Source: Blastocatellales bacterium
GTDB taxonomy: Bacteria > Acidobacteriota > Blastocatellia > RBC074
Assembly (NCBI GenBank): GCA_050249535.1
Contig: JBFWQI010000003.1
Span: 54,750-118,749, forward strand
Direction: 5' to 3'
Length of the DNA: 64,000 nucleotides
Shown: piece by piece, positions 35,470 through 61,228 of the stretch
How positions within the stretch are numbered: the stretch's first letter is position 1
Layout: every line of letters begins with the position of its first letter
The notes under the pieces: generated by a model
Database searches by the model: none
What the model was told of the DNA's origin: nothing
Seen by the model: the letters and a program-made list of their open reading frames with translations, nothing else
Made by a program: the position numbers and the translations under genes

Positions 35470-36189
35470 ATGGCTCAGCAAAATTTCCACACCGTTGAAC
35501 TCGAGGGCCGGCTCGATGCCGGCCGGCTCGAGGAACTCGCCGGCGTATTCGATTCCTTCAGTGAGGATCCGGACGCCAGATCGCTCGTCCTCGTCTGCCG
35601 TGACCTGAGCGGGCCGGATGCGGGATCGACGACCCCTGTCGAGGCGCTCGAACTGGCCCGGCTCGGGCAGTCCCTGATCGCGCTGATCGAGGGGGCGGGC
35701 AAACCCGTCATCGCCGCCATCAGCGGGGAGGTGCTCGACGGGGGATTCGAACTCGCCCTCGCCTGCCACTGGCGGATCGCGACTGAAGACGCCCGACTGG
35801 GCTTCTCCAATCCGGCCCGCCTGCCGGCTTTCGGCGGCGCGACTCGGCTGGCGGAGGTAGCCGGCCGTTCGAGGGCGCTCGAGATAATCCTCACCGGCCG
35901 CACCATCACCGCAACCGAGGCCCGCTCGATCAATATCGTCAATCGCCTCCACCCGGACAGCGCCCATCTGATCGCAGACGCACGGGATCTCGCCGCAAGG
36001 CTCGGCCGCAATGCGCCCCTCGCCGTCAGATTCGCGCTCGAGGCCGTCGCCTCAGGTTCGCACCTGCCGCTCGACGATGCCCTCAGACTCGAGTCCGCTC
36101 TCTTCGCCCTCTGTTTCGCCACGCGCGATGTCCGCGAAGGCACCGCCGCCTTCCTCGAAAAACGTCCCCCTGAATTCGAGGGGCGGTGA
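35470..36189 (+). CDS. Enoyl-CoA hydratase/isomerase (crotonase) family protein
   Basis: Crotonase-fold oxyanion region PVIAAISGEVLDGGFELALACHWRIA and downstream GG(A)TRL motif. Starts 3 bp after hbd stop. Confidence 0.8.
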   Translation: MAQQNFHTVELEGRLDAGRLEELAGVFDSFSEDPDARSLVLVCRDLSGPDAGSTTPVEALELARLGQSLIALIEGAGKPVIAAISGEVLDGGFELALACHWRIATEDARLGFSNPARLPAFGGATRLAEVAGRSRALEIILTGRTITATEARSINIVNRLHPDSAHLIADARDLAARLGRNAPLAVRFALEAVASGSHLPLDDALRLESALFALCFATRDVREGTAAFLEKRPPEFEGR

Positions 36190-36282
36190 CAGATTCAGAG
36201 TTTCGCAAGTTAAAGTATGATAGACGGGAATTTATTGTCTTGACCGCGTGGTTCGCGATCACTATACTTTGCCGGAGTCGAT

Positions 36283-36774
<492 letters not shown>

Positions 36775-36870
36775 CAGTCTGGTTCGTCCTCACCCGATCT
36801 TCAGGCAAAATTTGTCCCCCGTAATGGCTTCAATCTATTTAATCTCAAATCGAACATAAGAAACAGTATT

Positions 36871-37332
36871 ATGGGTGCTCGACGCAGAGCGCGCGAATGT
36901 GCGCTACAGATGCTTTTTCAATACGACGTGGCCCGTCCGACGATCGAGGAGATGGTGGAGACATACTGGGGGGAGATGGCGGAGGCCGCCGAAGAGGTTC
37001 GTGATTTCGCCAATCAACTGGCGATCGGCACGATCGAACATCTCAATGAGATCGATGACCGGATCCGCCTGAGAACCGAACACTGGCGAATTCCGCGCAT
37101 GGCGATCGTCGATCGCAACCTCCTCAGGATGGCCGTCTACGAATTCCTCTTTCAGCCGAGTACTCCGAGGACCGTCGCCATCAACGAGGCGCTCGAGATC
37201 GCGCGGAGGTTTTCGACCACCGAGGCGACGCAGTTCATCAACGGCATACTCGACGCGATCAAGCGCGACCTCGAATCGGACGGCTCCGAGGAGGTCGAAA
37301 AGCCGGAAAACCTGGTGCATCAGGCCGGTTGA
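36871..37332 (+). CDS. nusB: Transcription antitermination factor NusB
   Basis: RRRARECALQMLFQYDV N-terminus. About 150 aa. Canonical ribH-nusB pair. Confidence 0.9.
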   Translation: MGARRRARECALQMLFQYDVARPTIEEMVETYWGEMAEAAEEVRDFANQLAIGTIEHLNEIDDRIRLRTEHWRIPRMAIVDRNLLRMAVYEFLFQPSTPRTVAINEALEIARRFSTTEATQFINGILDAIKRDLESDGSEEVEKPENLVHQAG

Positions 37333-37343
37333 TCGAGCGCCGG

Positions 37344-38155
<812 letters not shown>

Positions 38156-38294
38156 AGAGCAACTACTCAGCCGCTCCGCGGCTGCTGAATTTAGCCGTGC
38201 CGTTTACGGCACGGACAGCTTTCACGGACCGGACGGTTTTGAATACTTCGGCATACTACTGTAGAATTCCCCGAGCGGAATTGGAAACTGGATT

Positions 38295-39458
38295 ATGAAA
38301 AAACGCGCATTAAGTATTCTGGTTCTGATGGCTGTTCTGGTCATGGCGGCCTCGGCGCAGGTACCGGAAAAACAGGACGAGAAGCAGGATCCGCAGCAGA
38401 CGATCCGGATCGGAACGGGGCTGGTCACGGTCCCTGTCATCGTCACCGATCGCTACGGGCGGTTTATGACCGGTCTCGGAAAGGACGAGTTTTCCATTTA
38501 CGAGGACGGCGTCCAGCAGAGGATCGAGGAGTTCTCCTCGATCGAGTCGCCCTTTTCCGTCGCACTGCTGATCGACACCAGCCGCAGCACGCAGAACAAG
38601 CTGAATACCATCCGCAAGGCGGCGCTAGCCTTCATCAAGCAGCTCCAGCCGCGCGACCGGGTTATGATCGTCACCTTCGATGAGAAGGTCCGCTACATTA
38701 ATGATTTCAGCAATAATATCGATGAAATCGAAAAGACGATCAAGAACGTCAAGAGCAGCTATCTGACCAGCCTCTACGACGCGATCGATCAGACGATCCG
38801 CGAGAAGATGGCCAATATCGACGGTCGCAAGGCGATCGTCCTGCTGACCGACGGGGTCGATACCGCCAGCAAGCGCGCCACGTACGAAAGCACTCTCGAT
38901 CTGATCGCGACCTCCGGCATCATCTGCTATGCCATTCAGTACGAGACGCGCAACGACGGCGCTCCGATCATGAAGCCGCTCTTCATTCCGAACATCCCCG
39001 GCAACGGGTTCACCGGCCGGGCGGTCCGCTGGCAGGATCTTCAGGATCCGAAGCCGGAGGATCCGGGAAAACCGATCATCAATATTCCCAGGCCGCGCGT
39101 CGATACGATCAATCCGTCGCAGGAAAATCGTCCAGTCCGGCCGTCACCGCCGCGAAGCAGCACTCAACCGGCCAGGCCGCTCCGGGACCGGTACCTGATT
39201 GCCGCGGATTACATGCGCTCGGTAGCGCTTCAGTCCGGCGCACGCTATATCCGCGCCGAAAATATCGAAAATACCACCTTCGCCTTCAGACTGATCGCCG
39301 ACGAACTCCGCAACCAGTACACCGTCAGATACATCTCATCGAACGATCAGCGCGACGGCACCTACCGCTCGATCTCCGTCAGAATCAATAACGACGACCT
39401 CGTCGTCCGGGCCCGCGTCGGTTACCGCGCTCCGCTCGCCGATTCCGAAGAGAAGTGA
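38295..39458 (+). CDS. Secreted von Willebrand factor A domain protein (VWFA-related acidobacterial-domain type), second copy
   Basis: Signal peptide MKKRALSILVLMAVLVMAASAQ. Motif VALLIDTSRS, LLTDGVDT. C-terminal ...ELRNQYTVRYISSN...VRARVGYRAP parallels 20783-21820 (...ELQAQYLLGYYPTN...IRARNGYYAP). Confidence 0.8.
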   Translation: MKKRALSILVLMAVLVMAASAQVPEKQDEKQDPQQTIRIGTGLVTVPVIVTDRYGRFMTGLGKDEFSIYEDGVQQRIEEFSSIESPFSVALLIDTSRSTQNKLNTIRKAALAFIKQLQPRDRVMIVTFDEKVRYINDFSNNIDEIEKTIKNVKSSYLTSLYDAIDQTIREKMANIDGRKAIVLLTDGVDTASKRATYESTLDLIATSGIICYAIQYETRNDGAPIMKPLFIPNIPGNGFTGRAVRWQDLQDPKPEDPGKPIINIPRPRVDTINPSQENRPVRPSPPRSSTQPARPLRDRYLIAADYMRSVALQSGARYIRAENIENTTFAFRLIADELRNQYTVRYISSNDQRDGTYRSISVRINNDDLVVRARVGYRAPLADSEEK

Positions 39459-39633
39459 TTATCAGGCTCAATGCTGTGCAACCTTGGTTGTCCGATTTTT
39501 TAACCGCAGAGAGTCAGAGGTTTCTTGAGGAAGCGATCTGCGTCACGAGCCCTTCGGCAGAGATTCCGGATTTAAGATAACCAGAAAACCGATCTCTGCC
39601 CGCCTCTGCCGAAATAACCAGATGCGATCCCGG

Positions 39634-39712
<79 letters not shown>

Positions 39713-40165
39713 TAAGGAGCCAGCAAACTCAAAAATTTTGATTGCACTTCGGCCATAAGCCGAAAATTATGAATATCGTTTTTCCGTCCTTCGATTTCCT
39801 GATCGACTGAAGAATACAGCCGATTTGAGAACATCAGTTCGTATTGTCCTCTGTGCTGCCGGATGGTGGGTCTTCAACGCATTCTCAGGGCATTTGCTTG
39901 AAACACCGCATCTGGAAAGTGCGTTATTACCGACAGACAAGGCGAGTATATATTTCAAATCGGGATCAGTCAAGTTTTCTTTAAATTTTTATTCATCATC
40001 TTTTTACTGAAAATTTACACGGCAGGTTTTGCAACTGAGATGGGGCCGGATCGGTTCAGGAGGTCCGCCGGCAGGGACGTAAAGAGTGTGGGGACGGCGT
40101 GTGTCACGGGGCTGATTTTATGTTAAACTGCGTGATGTCAACCCCTTGCAAGTAAATAGAATGAT

Positions 40166-40981
40166 ATGAATCGCTACCTGGAGGTCGGAGTGAGCTCAAC
40201 AAAGAGAATAACGTACGCCTTATGCATCCTTATATTAATGGGGATGATCGGGATAACGGCGCAGGCGGACACGATCAGGCTGAGAGACGGGAGTATCCTC
40301 AAGGGCAAGGTCGTCTCGTACAAAGGCGGGCGATTCACGATCATCGTCTATATCGGAAGCAGTTCGTCGCAGCACGTGATACCGGTCGAAGAGGTTGAGA
40401 GCGTGGAGTTCGACGGATCGGACATAGCGTCGACGGGCAGAGAGTTACAGCCGGCGGCGCGGGCCGTGGAGCCTGAGGAGCCTGTCTCGAGACCTGTCGA
40501 GGAGCCGCGGGTGGAGGCGCGACCGGTGGATACGCGTCCGGTGGAGGCTCCGCCGGTAATCGAGCCGAGGGTCGAGACCGAGCGTCCGGTCGGAGAGATC
40601 GATACGGGAATGACGCCGGTGATAGCCGAAAAGACAGTCAGCGTGGCGGCGGCGGCGGACTGGACGAGCACGGAGATCCGCGTGCAGCGCGGTCAGCGGA
40701 TCGTGGTCAGCGCGTCGGGAGAGGTCGATCTGGGCGACGGGCGGAGGGCCCAGCCGCAGGGGATCGACTCGTCGGACAACAGGAAGCTGCTGCCCGGCAA
40801 GCCGACCGGTTCGCTGATCGCGGTAGTCGGTGACGACAACGACGATTTCATCTACATCGGGGCCTCGTCCGAGTTCACGGCGCCGCACAACGGGATCCTC
40901 TTTCTGAGCGTCAACGAGGGAAATCTGAGAGACAACAACGGAGCCTTCGTGGCCCGCATCAAGGTGCTCAGCAACAGATAG
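40166..40981 (+). CDS. Secreted protein with Pro-rich linker and C-terminal PA-IL (LecA)-like lectin domain
   Basis: Signal peptide. Repeated RPVE/PRVE Pro-rich segment. C-terminal domain (WTSTEIRVQRGQRIVVSASGEVDLG...GILFLSVNEGNLRDNNGAFVARIKV) resembles the Pseudomonas LecA/PA-IL galactophilic lectin fold. Confidence 0.55.
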   Translation: MNRYLEVGVSSTKRITYALCILILMGMIGITAQADTIRLRDGSILKGKVVSYKGGRFTIIVYIGSSSSQHVIPVEEVESVEFDGSDIASTGRELQPAARAVEPEEPVSRPVEEPRVEARPVDTRPVEAPPVIEPRVETERPVGEIDTGMTPVIAEKTVSVAAAADWTSTEIRVQRGQRIVVSASGEVDLGDGRRAQPQGIDSSDNRKLLPGKPTGSLIAVVGDDNDDFIYIGASSEFTAPHNGILFLSVNEGNLRDNNGAFVARIKVLSNR

Positions 40982-40996
40982 AACGCGTCGGGGGAA

Positions 40997-42955
<1,959 letters not shown>

Positions 42956-43723
42956 CGAGCGGCCGGCGCGTTCGCTGCTCGCTGAGATGCTCGGGACCTT
43001 CCCCGCAGTTGAGCTGCTCGGCGAGGCCTCGGACGGCGCCGAGGCGATCGAGCTGATCGAGCGCGAAGAGCCCGATCTGGCTCTGCTCGACCTGCAGATG
43101 CCTGAGATCGACGGGCTCGGCGTGGTCCGCATGCTGCGCCGTGACAGGCTGCCGCTCGTCGCATTCGTCACGGCCTACGACGGTTACGCCATCCGCGCCT
43201 TCGAGCTCAACGCCGTCGACTACCTTCTCAAACCAGTCGAGCGGTCCCGGCTTGCCGACACGATCGAGCGCGCTCGCGAGCGCATGGCCGCATCCGATTT
43301 CCGTGTCCGCGAGGCCAGCAGGATTGACGAGACGCTCGGCCATTACGACGCTCATCGCCCTCCGCAGCCGTATCCTGAGCGGATTCCGGTTCGCCGGCGC
43401 GACGATATCCTTCTGCTTCCGGTAGCCGAGATCGCCGCCATCATCGCCGAGGCGGAACTGCTCCATCTGACGACGGTCGACAATCGCCGGTTCACGATCA
43501 CTCACAGCCTGAAGGACCTCGAGTCGCGCCTCGACCCGGCGGCCTTTATCCGTCTCTCGCGCGGCTCGCTGGCCGCCATCCGTCATATCGACCGGATCAA
43601 CCCGCTCCCCGGCGGAACCTATCTCGTCACACTCTCCAACGGTCAGGAACTGAATGTCAGCCGCCTCCAGGCGCGGATCCTGCGGGAGAGGATCCTCCGA
43701 TTGTGATGTTTGAATATATGAAG

Positions 43724-43981
43724 TTGCCTGTTTTGAATAGTTTCCAGTTGCCAGTTGCCAGTTTCCAGTATTATTTGAAGGGGCGCTGGTTTGCCGGAAT
43801 TTGATCTTACAAACAGCTCCGGATTTCTAAATCGGAACAAGAAAGATAGGGACACCGGCTCCGTTGGAGCCGGTGTCTCAATGTTGCTTGTTCTGATTTA
43901 GGTACCTAATGGAAACTGGCAACTGGAAACTATTCAAAACAGGCAACTATTAAAAACTGGAAACTGCTCCTGCAACTGCCC
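43724..43981. repeat. Large nested palindromic element of the GTTTCCAGTTGCC family (copy B) with internal hairpins
   Basis: Outer arms GTTGCCTGTTTTGAATAGTTTCCAGTTGCCAGTTGCCAGTTTCCAG (43724-43769) and its reverse complement at 43910-43956. Inner hairpin GACACCGGCTCC-GTTG-GAGCCGGTGTC (~43849-43877). Between lytTR-type regulator and radA. Confidence 0.7.
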
Positions 43982-43994
43982 TAAAATATCGGCT

Positions 43995-45377
43995 ATGGCA
44001 ACCAAAGGATCGCGCACCGTCTATGCATGTCAGAACTGCGGACACCAGTCGCGCAAGTGGCTCGGGAAGTGTCCGGACTGCGGCGACTGGAACACCTTCG
44101 TCGAGGAGCGGGAGACCGTGACGCCGAAGGGCGGAGGCGGCGCGCTTCAGCGGACGGGGCTCAAGTTGCGCGAGACGAGCCCGGTCCCGTTCGCGGAGAT
44201 CGAGGCTCAGGACGACTCTCGCGAGGAGACGGGGATCGAGGAGTTCGACCGCGTGCTCGGCGGCGGCATCGTGCCGGGCTCGCTGGTCCTGATCGGAGGC
44301 GAGCCGGGAATCGGTAAATCGACATTGCTTTCCCAGGTCGCCGACCGGCTGAGCGCGCTCTACGGCAACGTTCTCTATGTTTCGGGCGAGGAGAGCGAAC
44401 GTCAGATCAAGCTCCGCGGAGACCGGCTCGGCATCAATCCCGAGGGGCTCTACCTGCTGTCCGAGACGAGCCTCGAACGCATCTTCGACCAGATCAACCG
44501 GCTCCAGCCGCGGGCGATCATCATCGATTCGGTTCAGACGATCTTTTCAGAGAAACTCGAGAGCGCGCCGGGCTCCGTCTCGCAGGTCAGGGAGGTTGCC
44601 GGACAGTTTCTGCTGCTGGCCAAGAACCTGACGACGCCGGTCTTTCTGATCGGCCACGTGACCAAGGAAGGAATGATTGCCGGCCCGAAGGCGCTCGAGC
44701 ACATCGTCGATACCGTCCTCTACTTCGAGGGCGAACGCCATCACAACCACCGCATCCTGCGCGCTGCCAAGAACCGCTTCGGCGCGGCCAACGAACTGGG
44801 AATCTTCGAGATGACCGGACGCGGCCTGGTCGGCGTTCCCAACCCGTCGGAGATCTTCCTCAACGAACGGCCGATCGGGGCCTCCGGTTCCGCCGTCGTC
44901 GCCGCAATGGAGGGAACACGCCCGATGCTGGTCGAGATTCAGGCCCTCGTCAGTTCATCGAAATTCGGGACCGGCCGCCGGACGACCCAGGGCGTCGAGA
45001 TCAATCGCGTCGCGCTGCTGGTCGCCATGCTCGAAAAACGGCTCGGTTTCCACCTCAGCGGCGACGACATCTTCGTCAATCTCGTCGGCGGAATCTCGAT
45101 CGACGAGCCGGCGGTCGATCTCGGCATCGTCGCCGCCGTCACCTCGAGCTTCAGAAATATCCCGATCAGCGAGCATACGATCGTCTTCGGCGAGGTCGGT
45201 CTCGCCGGCGAGGTCCGCGCCTCAGCTCACGCCGCCATCCGCCTCCGCGAAATCGCCCGCATGGGCTTCAAACGTGTCATCATGCCCCGGAACAACCTCT
45301 CGGGCCTCGACCAGGACGACCGCGTCGAAATCATCGGAGTCCGCTCAGTCACCGACGCCCTCGACGCGCTCTTCTGA
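43995..45377 (+). CDS. radA: DNA repair protein RadA (Sms)
   Basis: N-terminal zinc ribbon CQNCGHQSRKWLGKCPDCGDWNTF, Walker A GGEPGIGKSTLL, KNRFG motif, C-terminal Lon-like domain. 460 aa. Confidence 0.95.
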   Translation: MATKGSRTVYACQNCGHQSRKWLGKCPDCGDWNTFVEERETVTPKGGGGALQRTGLKLRETSPVPFAEIEAQDDSREETGIEEFDRVLGGGIVPGSLVLIGGEPGIGKSTLLSQVADRLSALYGNVLYVSGEESERQIKLRGDRLGINPEGLYLLSETSLERIFDQINRLQPRAIIIDSVQTIFSEKLESAPGSVSQVREVAGQFLLLAKNLTTPVFLIGHVTKEGMIAGPKALEHIVDTVLYFEGERHHNHRILRAAKNRFGAANELGIFEMTGRGLVGVPNPSEIFLNERPIGASGSAVVAAMEGTRPMLVEIQALVSSSKFGTGRRTTQGVEINRVALLVAMLEKRLGFHLSGDDIFVNLVGGISIDEPAVDLGIVAAVTSSFRNIPISEHTIVFGEVGLAGEVRASAHAAIRLREIARMGFKRVIMPRNNLSGLDQDDRVEIIGVRSVTDALDALF

Positions 45378-45566
45378 TGCACTTCACTTAAATCTCCTGT
45401 CATTTTGGCGCTTCAACGAAAAAATCAGCATATACGCTACAAGAAAAAATAAGGATTGTATGTTGTGATCAGGATATGATATTTTCAAACCGTATTTGGG
45501 GCCCTCACACCTCCTCCCAAATGGCCCGCCACATCTTAGCTGCATCTGCGGCATTGGGAGAGAACT

Positions 45567-49847
<4,281 letters not shown>

Positions 49848-49854
49848 GGGATGA

Positions 49855-49997
<143 letters not shown>

Positions 49998-50195
49998 AAT
50001 TTCTTTGCGTCTGATCCCTGAAATTTCCGATTAAAAATTCGATTTTTATGTTTACATTCAGCGAAAACAAAAGATAATTGGATAGCGAACTCACATCAGA
50101 CCCCCGCCTGGTAGCCCCTCGAGTCGTATCTTTTACATGCCGGCATTAACGAAAGAGCATTAGATCGACGCTTGTCATCCGGATTATTGGAGTAG

Positions 50196-52028
<1,833 letters not shown>

Positions 52029-52106
52029 TTAATCATTTTGAATTAATGTGGTAAAACTTGTCTCCCTGCTGTTTCAGAAAACAAGAGGATAGAGGCAAGT
52101 CATTTC

Positions 52107-54587
<2,481 letters not shown>

Positions 54588-54620
54588 GGATTCGCCGGCG
54601 GGGGGGGCCGGCGTACCGAT

Positions 54621-55955
54621 ATGAAACGAGGCACGGGAATCATAGTCTGCTATCTGCTGCTGCTGCTGACGGCGCTTCTGCCGGCGCAGAAGACCGCCGC
54701 GCCGGTCGTCAGCCTCTCTCTGCCTCAACCTTTTTCAAACCTGATTACGCCGGTATCGACTCCGACGCCGGAGCCTTCGTACGGTTTCGAGTCCCGCGCC
54801 CTGTGGGTGGTGCGTCATACACTGACATCGCCTGAGGCCGTGCGTGAGCTGGTTGCACGCACCAAGGAGAACGGATTTACGGATCTGGTGGTTCAGATTC
54901 GCGGGCGGGGCGATGCGTGGTACGCGTCCAACCTTGAACCTCGCGCCGAGGAGCTGGGAACTCAGCCCGGACAGTTCGATCCTCTGGCGCAGGTGATCGA
55001 TCAGGCCCATCTGGTCGGCATCAGGGTTCACGCGTGGATCAACATGTATCTCGTCGCGAACCTCGATCCCCTGCCGAGAAACAGAGGGCACCTGATCTAC
55101 CGTCATCCGGAATGGATCATGGTTCCGAAGGCGATATCGAAGGAGCTCTACGGCACGGATCCCGCCGACCCCGGCTACCTGTCGCAAATCGTCGAGCATT
55201 CAAAACAGCAGCGAACCGAACTTGAAGGCCTCTACACCTCGCCGGCGCACCCACAGGTAAAGGACAATATCTTCGAGATCTGGATGGATGTGGCTCGGAA
55301 CTACGAAGTCGACGGGCTGCATTTCGACTACGTCCGTTACCCGAACCCGCAGTTCGATTACAGTCGTGTCTCACTCGACCGGTTCCGGGCCATGATCGAG
55401 AAGGATCTCGATACTGAAAACAGGGACTTCCTGGCGAAGGAGTTCGAGAAAGATCCGCTCATCTACGCTACGTCTTTCCCTGAGAAATATGCACAGTTTC
55501 AGCGAGACCAGGTGACTGATCTGGTCGGAAGGATCTACAAGGGCGTCAAGCGTATCAGATCGAACGCGCTCGTCTCGGCGGCGGTCTTCGCCAACGAGAC
55601 TGAGGCGTCTCGATCGCGCTATCAGGACTGGAAGCTGTGGCTCAGTCGCGGCTGGCTCGACATCCTCTGTCCGATGGCTTACACCACTGAGACCGAGTCA
55701 TTCCGGCGCCAGATCAGCTCTGCTATCGCCAACTCTGCGGGCAGGCGAGTCTGGGGAGGCATCGGCGCATGGCGCCAGACGGCCGACCAGACGATCGAAA
55801 AGATCAATGTGGCGCGCGAGCTCGGCGCCCAGGGGTTTATTCTTTTTTCCTACGACAGCTCCATCCAGGCCTCGCCGCTCAATCCCCAGGCGGACTACCT
55901 CAAACGCGTCCACGAGGCGCTCAAAAGCGGATCTCAGCAAATTCGGAGTCAGTAA
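54621..55955 (+). CDS. Glycoside-hydrolase-like TIM-barrel lipoprotein of the YddW/YngK (UPF0748) family
   Basis: Signal peptide. Motifs FTDLVVQIRGRGDAWYAS, VHAWINMY, VDGLHFDYVRYP resemble the UPF0748 GH10-like family. Confidence 0.6.
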   Translation: MKRGTGIIVCYLLLLLTALLPAQKTAAPVVSLSLPQPFSNLITPVSTPTPEPSYGFESRALWVVRHTLTSPEAVRELVARTKENGFTDLVVQIRGRGDAWYASNLEPRAEELGTQPGQFDPLAQVIDQAHLVGIRVHAWINMYLVANLDPLPRNRGHLIYRHPEWIMVPKAISKELYGTDPADPGYLSQIVEHSKQQRTELEGLYTSPAHPQVKDNIFEIWMDVARNYEVDGLHFDYVRYPNPQFDYSRVSLDRFRAMIEKDLDTENRDFLAKEFEKDPLIYATSFPEKYAQFQRDQVTDLVGRIYKGVKRIRSNALVSAAVFANETEASRSRYQDWKLWLSRGWLDILCPMAYTTETESFRRQISSAIANSAGRRVWGGIGAWRQTADQTIEKINVARELGAQGFILFSYDSSIQASPLNPQADYLKRVHEALKSGSQQIRSQ

Positions 55956-55959
55956 GCGA

Positions 55960-57150
55960 ATGAAATTAACCGGCCTGATCAGGATATTCCAGACAATCAT
56001 CTTTATTGTTTTCGTTTCAATTCAGGTGAGCGCTCAATCCGCTGCCGAGATTGCGAAAAAGAACGGGCCGGCGGTAGTGCTGATCGAGACGCTGGGCGAG
56101 CGCGGCGAGGTGACGGGGCAGGGAAGCGGATTCATCGTCACGCCTGCCGGAGCGATCATCAGCAATCTGCACGTCATCCGTGGAGCGACGAAGATCCGCG
56201 TCAAGCTGCCCGGCGGCGACATGTGGCTGACCGACAGGATTATCGCGATCGACGAAGTGCGCGATATCGCGATCATCAGGATCGACGGTTTCAATCTGCC
56301 GGTGGTCGAGCTGGGAGATTCTGACAGGACCGAGACGGGAGAGCCGATCGTCGCCATCAGCAGCCCTGAGGGGCTTGCCAACTCGCTCTCGACGGGGATC
56401 ATCAGCGGCGTGCGCAGGCTTGAGACTCACCGCGTCTTTCAGATCACCGCGCCGATCAGCGACGGCAGCAGCGGCGGGGCGGTCTTCGATTCCAAAGGGA
56501 AAGTCATCGGCATCATCACCGGGCTGATGAAGAGCGGTCAGAACATCAATTTCGCTCTGCCGATCAATTACGCAAGGGGAATGATCGGCGATGAGGTGCG
56601 ATTGACGCTGGCTCAGCTTCAGCCGTCGAGACCCGCGGCGCCCGGCCGCATCGAATCGACGGACGATCCGCCGGCCTCCGAACCCAGGATCGATAACGCG
56701 GTCGATTACGTCTCTCGCGGGAAACTCGGGCTGTCGGCTCAGGAACCGATGTTCCTCAGACCGGATCAGGCGCTCGCATTCTTCTACAGGCTGGTCGAGG
56801 GGATCGGGCTTTACACCGCGCGTGACGTGGTCGATCTGGCTCGAACTGCAGCCGTGATCAGGGAGAACGAGACCGATGCCGGGTTCGATTACTCGATCAA
56901 ATTCCTCAGCTTTTACAGCGGCCTCAGGATAAGCTTCGCCAGACCTGAGGAGCTGCTCAACCGCGTCGAACTGCTGGTCAACTGGTCGCTCGAGGATGTC
57001 AGGAATACGCTGGGCGACAAATACAAGAAGAAGCGGGTCGATGGACAGACGGTGCTCGATTTCGGACGCCTGCCGACTGGTCTTCAACTGGTTGCCGTGA
57101 CTGACGCGAACGGCAATATCCGTGCGGTCCGCTACACGCGGTGGCGGTGA
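55960..57150 (+). CDS. Secreted trypsin-like (S1 family) serine peptidase
   Basis: Signal peptide MKLTGLIRIFQTIIFIVFVSIQVSAQS. Catalytic triad context GSGFIVTPAGAIISNLHVI (His), DIAIIRI (Asp), GSSGGAVFDSKGKVIGI (GDSGG-like Ser). Track ORF start at 55807 rejected (Arg/Pro-rich leader). Confidence 0.75.
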   Translation: MKLTGLIRIFQTIIFIVFVSIQVSAQSAAEIAKKNGPAVVLIETLGERGEVTGQGSGFIVTPAGAIISNLHVIRGATKIRVKLPGGDMWLTDRIIAIDEVRDIAIIRIDGFNLPVVELGDSDRTETGEPIVAISSPEGLANSLSTGIISGVRRLETHRVFQITAPISDGSSGGAVFDSKGKVIGIITGLMKSGQNINFALPINYARGMIGDEVRLTLAQLQPSRPAAPGRIESTDDPPASEPRIDNAVDYVSRGKLGLSAQEPMFLRPDQALAFFYRLVEGIGLYTARDVVDLARTAAVIRENETDAGFDYSIKFLSFYSGLRISFARPEELLNRVELLVNWSLEDVRNTLGDKYKKKRVDGQTVLDFGRLPTGLQLVAVTDANGNIRAVRYTRWR

Positions 57151-57285
57151 GCTTCATCGACGCGAAGATTTTTTAAACGCCAGGCCGCCGAGATGGCCAG
57201 GGTCTATTCAGGGCATGAAACACCCGTTTTAACCATTATTCGATCGGCGATGTTGAGGAAATTTGCACAATACCATCCTTAATCC

Positions 57286-58799
<1,514 letters not shown>

Positions 58800-58803
<4 letters not shown>

Positions 58804-59291
58804 GAATCCTCGTCCTCCCAGTCGTCGTCCTCATCTTCGGCGACTCCGAAATATCGCATCCAGTCAGACATCTCTTCGCTCTCGACTCCCGATTTGTCCT
58901 GAACGTCGATCTCATCGCCGGCGGCCTCGATCATCCGCCGGAACTCGCCCGACCTGATGACCCGCACTCCGCAGACCCGGACGCGCTCGGCGAGCTGGCG
59001 GTCCGATGTGACCACGGTCATGTTCTTCCGGCTGCGCTCCTTTTCCGCCATCTCGATGATCCTGTCGTCAGCGCTCCCGGAAGGACGCCCGTAAAATATC
59101 CTCACGCTCCGGTAACTCGAACCCTCTGGAAATTGCGGATCGGGCGCGCCGTCGAAGACTACGCCGACACGAACCTTGCGAATCCGCACGAAATCCGCCA
59201 GCTCGAGTATCAGTCTCCGCCGAGCCCCCTCCTTGTCCCTGTGCCACCCGGGACGCTGCCCGATCACATTGTTGCCGTCAACAAGGTACAT
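58800..59291 (-). CDS. NYN-domain (YacP/Rae1-like PIN-fold) putative ribonuclease with acidic C-terminal tail
   Basis: N-terminal MYLVDGNNVIG and internal TVVTSDRQL match the YacP-like NYN family. C-terminus EDEDDDWEDEDS highly acidic. Stop overlaps start of downstream GT-C gene by 4 bp. Confidence 0.65.
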
Positions 59292-59300
59292 GCTTTATTG

Positions 59301-59327
59301 AAGTAGAAAGTAAAAAGTAGAAAGTAG
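59301..59327. repeat. (GTAGAAA)n heptamer tract, copy 4
   Basis: AAGTAGAAAGTAAAAAGTAGAAAGTAG between S8 peptidase stop and NYN gene ATG (59291). Coding strand reads CTACTTTCTACTTTTTACTTTCTACTTCAATAAAGC-ATG. Confidence 0.8.
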
Positions 59328-59336
59328 TTCAGCCTG

Positions 59337-60647
<1,311 letters not shown>

Positions 60648-60659
60648 GGCGAAGGGAGA

Positions 60660-61040
60660 TCAGGTGACGGCTCTGCCGAGGGCGTTGGCGACTCCGCGTC
60701 GCATATTGTCCAGGCCGGATGCCTTGTTGATGAATGCCGTCTTGTCGTCGACGGGGATTCCGAGGAGCCCGCGCGTCGTCCGGTCCGAGGTCGAGATGAT
60801 GACGGGGATATCCTTGAGATTTTCGTCTTCACGTATGAACTTCAGTACTTCATAGCCTTCGACATAAGGCATATTGACGTCGAGAATGATAAGCGCGAAA
60901 TCGGTGTCGGCCTTGAGCGTTTCAATCGCCTGACGGCCGTCCTCGGCTTCGACTACAGTCAGGTTCTCGGTCTCGGCCACAGCCGACCAGAGCACGCGGG
61001 CATCGTGATCGTCATCGGCGATCAGGACTCGTTGCGACAT
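60660..61040 (-). CDS. Single-domain response regulator (CheY-like receiver)
   Basis: VLIADDDHDARVL...LIILDVNMPYVEGYEVLKFIR...PVIISTS receiver motifs. AGGAGG Shine-Dalgarno 7 nt before ATG 61040. 12 bp upstream of S8 peptidase gene. Confidence 0.85.
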   Translation of the reverse strand: MSQRVLIADDDHDARVLWSAVAETENLTVVEAEDGRQAIETLKADTDFALIILDVNMPYVEGYEVLKFIREDENLKDIPVIISTSDRTTRGLLGIPVDDKTAFINKASGLDNMRRGVANALGRAVT

Positions 61041-61228
61041 TCAGGTTCCTCCTGCAGAAATCCGTTTACGATGACTCATTGTATCCATTTTACACGCAAT
61101 CCGCCATGCTTCGATGATCGATCCCGCAAGGATTGCCGGATGGCAATTTAGACTGCTTAATGCTACACTTTGCGCGATTTATAGCCTGTTGAGTATCAGG
61201 ACCTGAAGTCGGAAATGGAGAACTGCCG

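Noticed and set aside
55807-55959. Track N-terminal extension of the S1 protease ORF
   Set aside because: Extension (MWRASSAPRGLFFFPTTAPSRPRR...) overlaps the upstream YddW-like gene and is compositionally aberrant. The ATG at 55960 begins a canonical signal peptide.
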